Source: Tubiluchus corallicola (taxonomy: Eukaryota; Animalia; Priapulida). Taken from it: 64,000 nucleotides of DNA. The stretch covers positions 1,054,001 through 1,118,000 of the forward strand of contig JAQGDQ010000010.1 in NCBI GenBank assembly GCA_030141605.1, read 5' to 3'. The notes beneath the pieces are model-generated. The model was not told the DNA's origin. It worked only from the letters and a program-made list of their open reading frames with translations, and searched no databases. A program made the translations under genes and the position numbers. Positions 58,650 through 64,000 of the stretch are shown here, one piece after another (within the stretch, counting starts at the first letter, position 1; every line of letters starts with the position of its first letter).

Positions 58650-58779
58650 AACTTCGAACTGAATCTAGAAGCCACTCTGCAAGACGCACCCTAAATGCCC
58701 TCGTGTTCTGCAAACTTCGAACTGAATCTATAAGCCACTCTGCAAGACGCACCCTAAATGTCCTCGTGTTCTGCAAACT
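58650..58779. repeat. 63-bp tandem duplication (2 copies, 2 mismatches)
   Basis: aacttcgaactgaatcta(g/t)aagccactctgcaagacgcaccctaaatg(c/t)cctcgtgttctgca at 58650 and 58713. Confidence 0.95.
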
Positions 58780-60050
58780 GTTCGGTCTAGTAGGAAAATA
58801 GGATTACTCCGATTTATAAATTACATTCATTCAGCACCACCTGAGGACACATGCAAGACACGTGCGCGAATTCCACAGTTTTTGCGCTGAACAAACAGAA
58901 AAATACAAAATAAACGATGCTGGAATGCAACTTTAAGCAAAAACTGCGGTCACATTCCAGTAGTGCGAATATGTCCCATGCACTGTGAGTCATTATCCGA
59001 ATCTCAGGGTTTTTCTTTGTTTCATGCTACCTATCTAGAAAAGTCTTTATGTGAACACTGATCAACAGCCCCTGTGGCATAACATATTACCATTAGCTAC
59101 TTCTTGTCGTCTGGATGAATGAACAGATAAGGAAAGCAATTTTAACTCCGTGTTTATGTCAAATTGTTTCCACGCCTGGTGGCATAAGCAAATGCTATAT
59201 CAAAACAGATTATTCTGAATGGGAAAAAGCAAAAAACAAGAATTAAACAAACGAAGAAACAAAAGAATAGATGAACAGACTCAGTCGTACGAGCTTCTAT
59301 ACTTTCTTTGGCGAACCAAATTAACATTTTCATAATTATACGCCAACACTCGCTACGTTAAACAATAGAAAAAATTCTTACTTTTTTGCACTAAAGTGTA
59401 AAAATTGTTATAATAAATGGTATAAATTAGAAAGTATAAAGCATAATTTTTTACACAAAAGTATATTTTACACTAAACTATTTTACGTTAAAGTAAAAGT
59501 ACAAGTAATTTTTGTAGTATTCAGTTAAACTGTCATGGGGAAGCAATATAAACGGAACTGAAATTAGTTTCCAGGAAGGTAGCACATCTCCTACTCAATG
59601 TAAAAGTAGACTGTGACAGTATCATCATCCGAGGATGAAGATCAATGTTGTAGCTCGTTAGGCTACTTGAAAGGTTGTTGCAGTCTCAGATTTTCTGCAA
59701 TCAAACGAGATCTTCACATTAAATTTAAGCAGGTATTTGCACGAAATTGATTCTGTGTGCTTTAATCTCACGAACTTGCTGGCTTCTTGCATAATGTCAG
59801 AGGTAAGTTGCTAATTACAACTTGCCAGAGCATGCAACAAGCCCATAAATCATAATCCTGAGGCGGCATTTATGCGGCTTTGCTTGTATTTTGCTAATGC
59901 CAGGGCTCTGTACTATATGCAAAGCATTTACAAACCTTTTAGCTTATTTGCACATGCTGTGACATGCAGCAGCATTACCAAGTAGTCAAGTACCCATTCG
60001 CATTCGTAGTTTTCTTTGGAAGTGCTTTTACTGTAGTAAATTGGACTACC

Positions 60051-60238
<188 letters not shown>

Positions 60239-60639
60239 TAGCGTAAAGCTAATAGAATTTTTAATTCATGAGCTTTTGTACAAACAGTACAACCATAAAA
60301 ACGTTGTAAACTCATGTATAACTTTGGTGAAATATTTCTATAGCTCATTATGCTGATTATTATTGATAATTTTAGACCATTTCGCCAACGCAGCCCCATA
60401 CACATCTCTCACATCTTTATCTTTAATGCTGCATACCAGTAACAACTTCACCAAAACTTCCATTTTGTACAATAGTTCAACAAGCCATACACTTCATGAT
60501 TAAAATGTAATCAATCATTTAGACGATACAATGACACATGGTAGTAACAATAGTATAGAATGGTAGTATAGTATCACCATACAGTGAGTTTACACTAATA
60601 AAAGGCAAGAGCATTTAAAATTTAATAGCAAGAATTATA

Positions 60640-61000
60640 ATGTATAAAAAGACCAATCAGAACTATTTTACATCGTATTTATTAGCTAGATTAAAGATAT
60701 TACAAATACAGATCTTTAAAATATGGAATAGCTGAATAACAGTTTCGACTAGTTCCAATTTTTTTGAATTCAAAGTTACGCTGATTTGAGGTGACAGCAA
60801 ACCAGATAATGACAATATACTTCTGATTGGTGGATCTTGCTTGCAAAATTTAATGCAAATTCTGTACAGCTTTATCCATAGTTCATATGCCCATCCCTTT
60901 TTAAGTTAACCCGAATATACAGGCCCAAAAATTTATAAGTCGCTACTAATTGTACGAAAGTCAATTAAATTATCAGCATTATGATAATTAAATTTTACGA
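60640..61000 (-). mobile_element. Highly degenerate LINE 3' remnant
   Basis: Minus strand KFLGLYIRVNLKRDGHM and a SAIPYF-like C-terminus. Confidence 0.55.
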
Positions 61001-61504
61001 TTTTGACAACTGGTGCAATGTTCTGCTGCACTGCAGAATTTTCTTAATTTACCCCATGTTTTTGTTTTTCATTATTTTATGTTGCCCCATAATAATATAT
61101 ATATATATATATTAATTCTTTATTTTGTCATGAAAATGGCTCACTCATTATAATAAAATTGAGTAATCCTCAGCGTAATGTTAAAATAGCAACACTGTTC
61201 AAGACAAATGCGTCCAGCACAGACTAAAAAAAACTAAGGCCTAATTATATACAATAAATGAACATATTTACAAACACAATATTAAAATATTTTTACAAAA
61301 CAATATTACAAAATTACATTAAATTTTACATGACATATACATATTTTACACTATATATACATTTGACATAACACAATTAACAGAAACATGCTCTACATTA
61401 CATAAATTTCACTCATTACATTTACACTATTTATACATTTGACATTACAAAACTGACATAACACGTATTACATTACATAATTTTTTTTAATTTTACATTT
61501 TTAA

Positions 61505-61875
61505 TCGTTTTATGGAGTCAGGGCACAGTCTTTTAAGATTTTTATTGGCATGTCTGAGGGTCCACTTCCTTTATTTATATTTAAACTGTTTAATATTCTA
61601 AAGATGTCGTATTCGGTGGCGCTAGTAAATGAGAAAGTGGATTGTGTTACTGTTTGGTTTTTGTATATATTGTGTATATTTGCATTATGTTGGCGTGGCA
61701 AGTTGTCAAATTTTCCGAGATTGATAAATGTGGAATTTAATTTGTTAGCAATGTCAACTGGATCAGATATCATACTGTCATTTTCTCGTAAACTATTTAT
61801 TTGTAATTGATCGTTTCTGTATCTGTTAAGTACGTCATTAATTAATCGCCATTTTTGCTTCGGTGTAGTTTTAAA
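61505..61875 (-). mobile_element. CR1/L2-group LINE fragment (pre-RT linker), related to the 31-33 kb copy
   Basis: ISDPVDIANKLNSTFINLGKF...SLNINKGSGPSDMPIKILKDC aligns by eye with ITNPKDMANVINTTFINFGKF...NLNIKKSTGHSDIPIEVLKD. Confidence 0.85.
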
Positions 61876-62049
61876 ATATCACAGTTAAAAATGAAGGAAA
61901 AGTAAAAGGCGAAGAGTAGTTGCCGTCAACTATACCAGTACCAGCTTTGTTATTAAAATTTTATAATCTTTGTGTCGCTTTGAAAAATTTTGTAGGTCAA
62001 CATAATAATTGCCATCTTTATTAATTTCAATGACAAACCGTTGGTAGCT

Positions 62050-62369
62050 CCCTGATAATAAATCAGTGATAATAACTAAAGACTGGCTTTCGGTGTGTTT
62101 CTTGATAGAATAATGAAATTACACGTCATTATCAAAAACAGCACTCGGCAAATTTCGGGTTGGCCGACTTGCCCCGAACACTACTTTGCTCAGACGGAAT
62201 GGTCGTGAAAAATTATTGTGAATCATCGCATCCGGGCATTAAAAGTGCTGGTGTCATGGCGTTAAATGTTTCTTTAGCAGGAAAAATGACAAAATTTAGT
62301 TTTGAACTAAAAACGACATAATAATGTGCTGCCTGTGTTACGTATTAAGCCTCTTTAGTTTGGCGTAAA
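62050..62369 (+). promoter_or_regulatory. Putative BicD promoter/5'UTR region
   Basis: Repeat-free, CpG-containing segment immediately upstream of the BicD ATG; TSS not locatable. Confidence 0.35.
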
Positions 62370-62585
62370 ATGAGTTTAGGCGTTGACAGCCAAGATTTAA
62401 TATCAGAATTAACGCAAGAAGTTGAACGGCTAAACCATGAACTCGCTGCTACCAGCGACCAAAAAGCGCAGGCTGCTCAGTATGGGTTGGTGTTACTGGA
62501 AGAAAAAGAATCTTTGCAACAGCGATTCGAAGAGATAGAAACCCAATACGAAAACGCTAAAGCTGAACTTGAATGCGCAAAAGAG
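62370..62585 (+). CDS. BicD: BicD coding exon 1
   Basis: [10 protein letters not shown]...AAQYG...ELECAKE|gtaagt; 216 nt. Confidence 0.95.
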
Positions 62586-63765
62586 GTAAGTCCGATTTTT
62601 TCAGCTTGCGGCTTTTGTCGTGCTCGTGCTTTTATTCGGTTTGCTGCTTTATTAATGTAAATCGATTATTAATGTAAATCGATGCATACTTGTTTAGTTT
62701 ATAGTTCAAAGCCTAAATTGAAGCCTTCATATTTTTATGCTAGAATTAATTAAATTTTGTGGTTTTATTAAGAGGAAGTAGGATGCGCGATACATCAGTA
62801 TGTAGGGCTTAATTGTATAATTATGGTGTCTCCATAATCCTGACTGAGTTTTTTAAAATGACTTAATAATAGGGGTCTCATGTACAAAACTAAGCTTCCT
62901 TTTAAATTATCTTGATTATATCCAGGAATCACTTTCTAGGTGCATCCTTGGTGTTGTATCATGTATAACTTTTTTAAGTGTTTGTGTTTAAACCCACAAC
63001 ATTTGAAATATGCGACTGAATTTTGTACATGCATTTTTTAACTTAAGCTGTAAAAACTTCTTGCTTTTTGTAACTTCATTAGGCTCTTCAAAAAGTAAAT
63101 TTGACTCAAAAGAGGGTTACCATCGATGGTGTTTCACGAGAGGAAAATTTGCTACATGAAACTGCCAGTCGGGAGCAACAGTTACTCAGTACCATAAATG
63201 AGTTAGAACTTGAACTGCGATCACACCGTCAGAATGTTGAAAGATATGAAGCTGAAGTGGAGAAACTCAATGCACTGAACAATGAGATAACACGACAGGT
63301 GAAATTGATACTTCTTGTTTTAGCAGATAATTGACGTCAAACAAAGCTTCCAGTTTATCACCACTTTGTTGTTCCCTTACTTGAAAATCATTAACATTAG
63401 CTATATATTAAGACACATTTCTTACCTTTTGCAACTGTTGTTAAAGCCCAAAAATAGACTAATCTTGATTTGTCGTCATTGTAATAGCACTTTATAACTA
63501 ATACATTTATTCAAAGCTGTTTGTGATCCTGTGTCCTTACTGGTGTTTCTGTGCTTGGACATTGTTGCCAAGTATCACACTTGTATTAGATTGTATGTAT
63601 CAGTCTTGATTCCAGGTCGAGCAGCTGGATGCTCAGAGAAAGCTACTGCGTGATGAACTGAAAGAGTACAAATCCATCGAAACTCGAATGTTGCAAGATT
63701 ACTCCGAGCTAGAAGAAGAGAATATCATGTTGCAGAAGCAAGTTTCTGCTCTGAAGTCTAATCAG
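62370..63765 (+). CDS. BicD: Protein bicaudal D (dynein adaptor), gene model (3' part outside window): join(62370..62585,63083..63298,63616..63765)
   Basis: Coiled-coil protein with CC1-box [32 protein letters not shown] and [18 protein letters not shown], which are hallmark BICD1/BICD2/BicD motifs; three phase-0 GT-AG junctions. Confidence 0.96.
63083..63298 (+). CDS. BicD: BicD coding exon 2
   Basis: cattag|[21 protein letters not shown]...NNEITRQ|gtgaaa; 216 nt. Confidence 0.95.
63616..63765 (+). CDS. BicD: BicD coding exon 3
   Basis: ttccag|[50 protein letters not shown]|gtagtt; 150 nt; not in the ORF track. Confidence 0.95.
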
Positions 63766-64000
63766 GTAGTTACAATATTTGTATGCTCACTAAAATAATT
63801 GATATTGGTTTGTGAAAGTCATGTTTGAAGTTGTAGATAACTCACTTTGTAGAACAAGAATAAACAACTATACTACATATTTGCACAAAAGCACAAACGT
63901 GTTTATTAGACTACATACACATATGTAGAATGACTGCTGCACTGAACACTGAGAACAAGAGTGTCCTGCACTGAACACTGATAGTTAGACAGTGACTCGA

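Noticed and set aside
58830-58852. TTCAGCACC...GGACA resembling an RE1/NRSE site
   Set aside because: Wrong half-site spacing, degenerate right half, and REST presence in this taxon is unknown

Overview
AT-rich, intron-rich animal (invertebrate-like) genomic DNA, not prokaryotic; the taxon cannot be fixed from sequence. Two protein-coding genes point away from each other. (1) A minus-strand GPR158/GPR179-family class C GPCR: seven coding exons rebuilt by hand between 14722 and 908, with matching GT-AG phases, encoding a signal peptide, Cache-like ectodomain, EGF-like/Cys-rich region and TM1. It continues past the left edge. (2) Plus-strand Bicaudal D: the first three coding exons, 62370-63765, continuing past the right edge. 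The ~47.6 kb between the start codons has no recognisable protein gene. It holds microsatellites, decayed LINEs (CR1/L2 and RTE), a MITE, a probable solo LTR, hairpins, isolated candidate small exons on both strands, and repeat-free blocks rich in homeodomain/POU/RFX-type motifs. The GPCR introns carry further elements, including a deleted PIF/Harbinger transposon. Most ORFs in the supplied track are microsatellite or chance ORFs. No CRISPR array, rRNA, tRNA or recalled conserved miRNA was seen. No clearly novel system is demonstrated. The best leads are the altered Cache ligand pocket, the orphan small exons and ATG-proximal acceptors, and the regulatory motif clusters.
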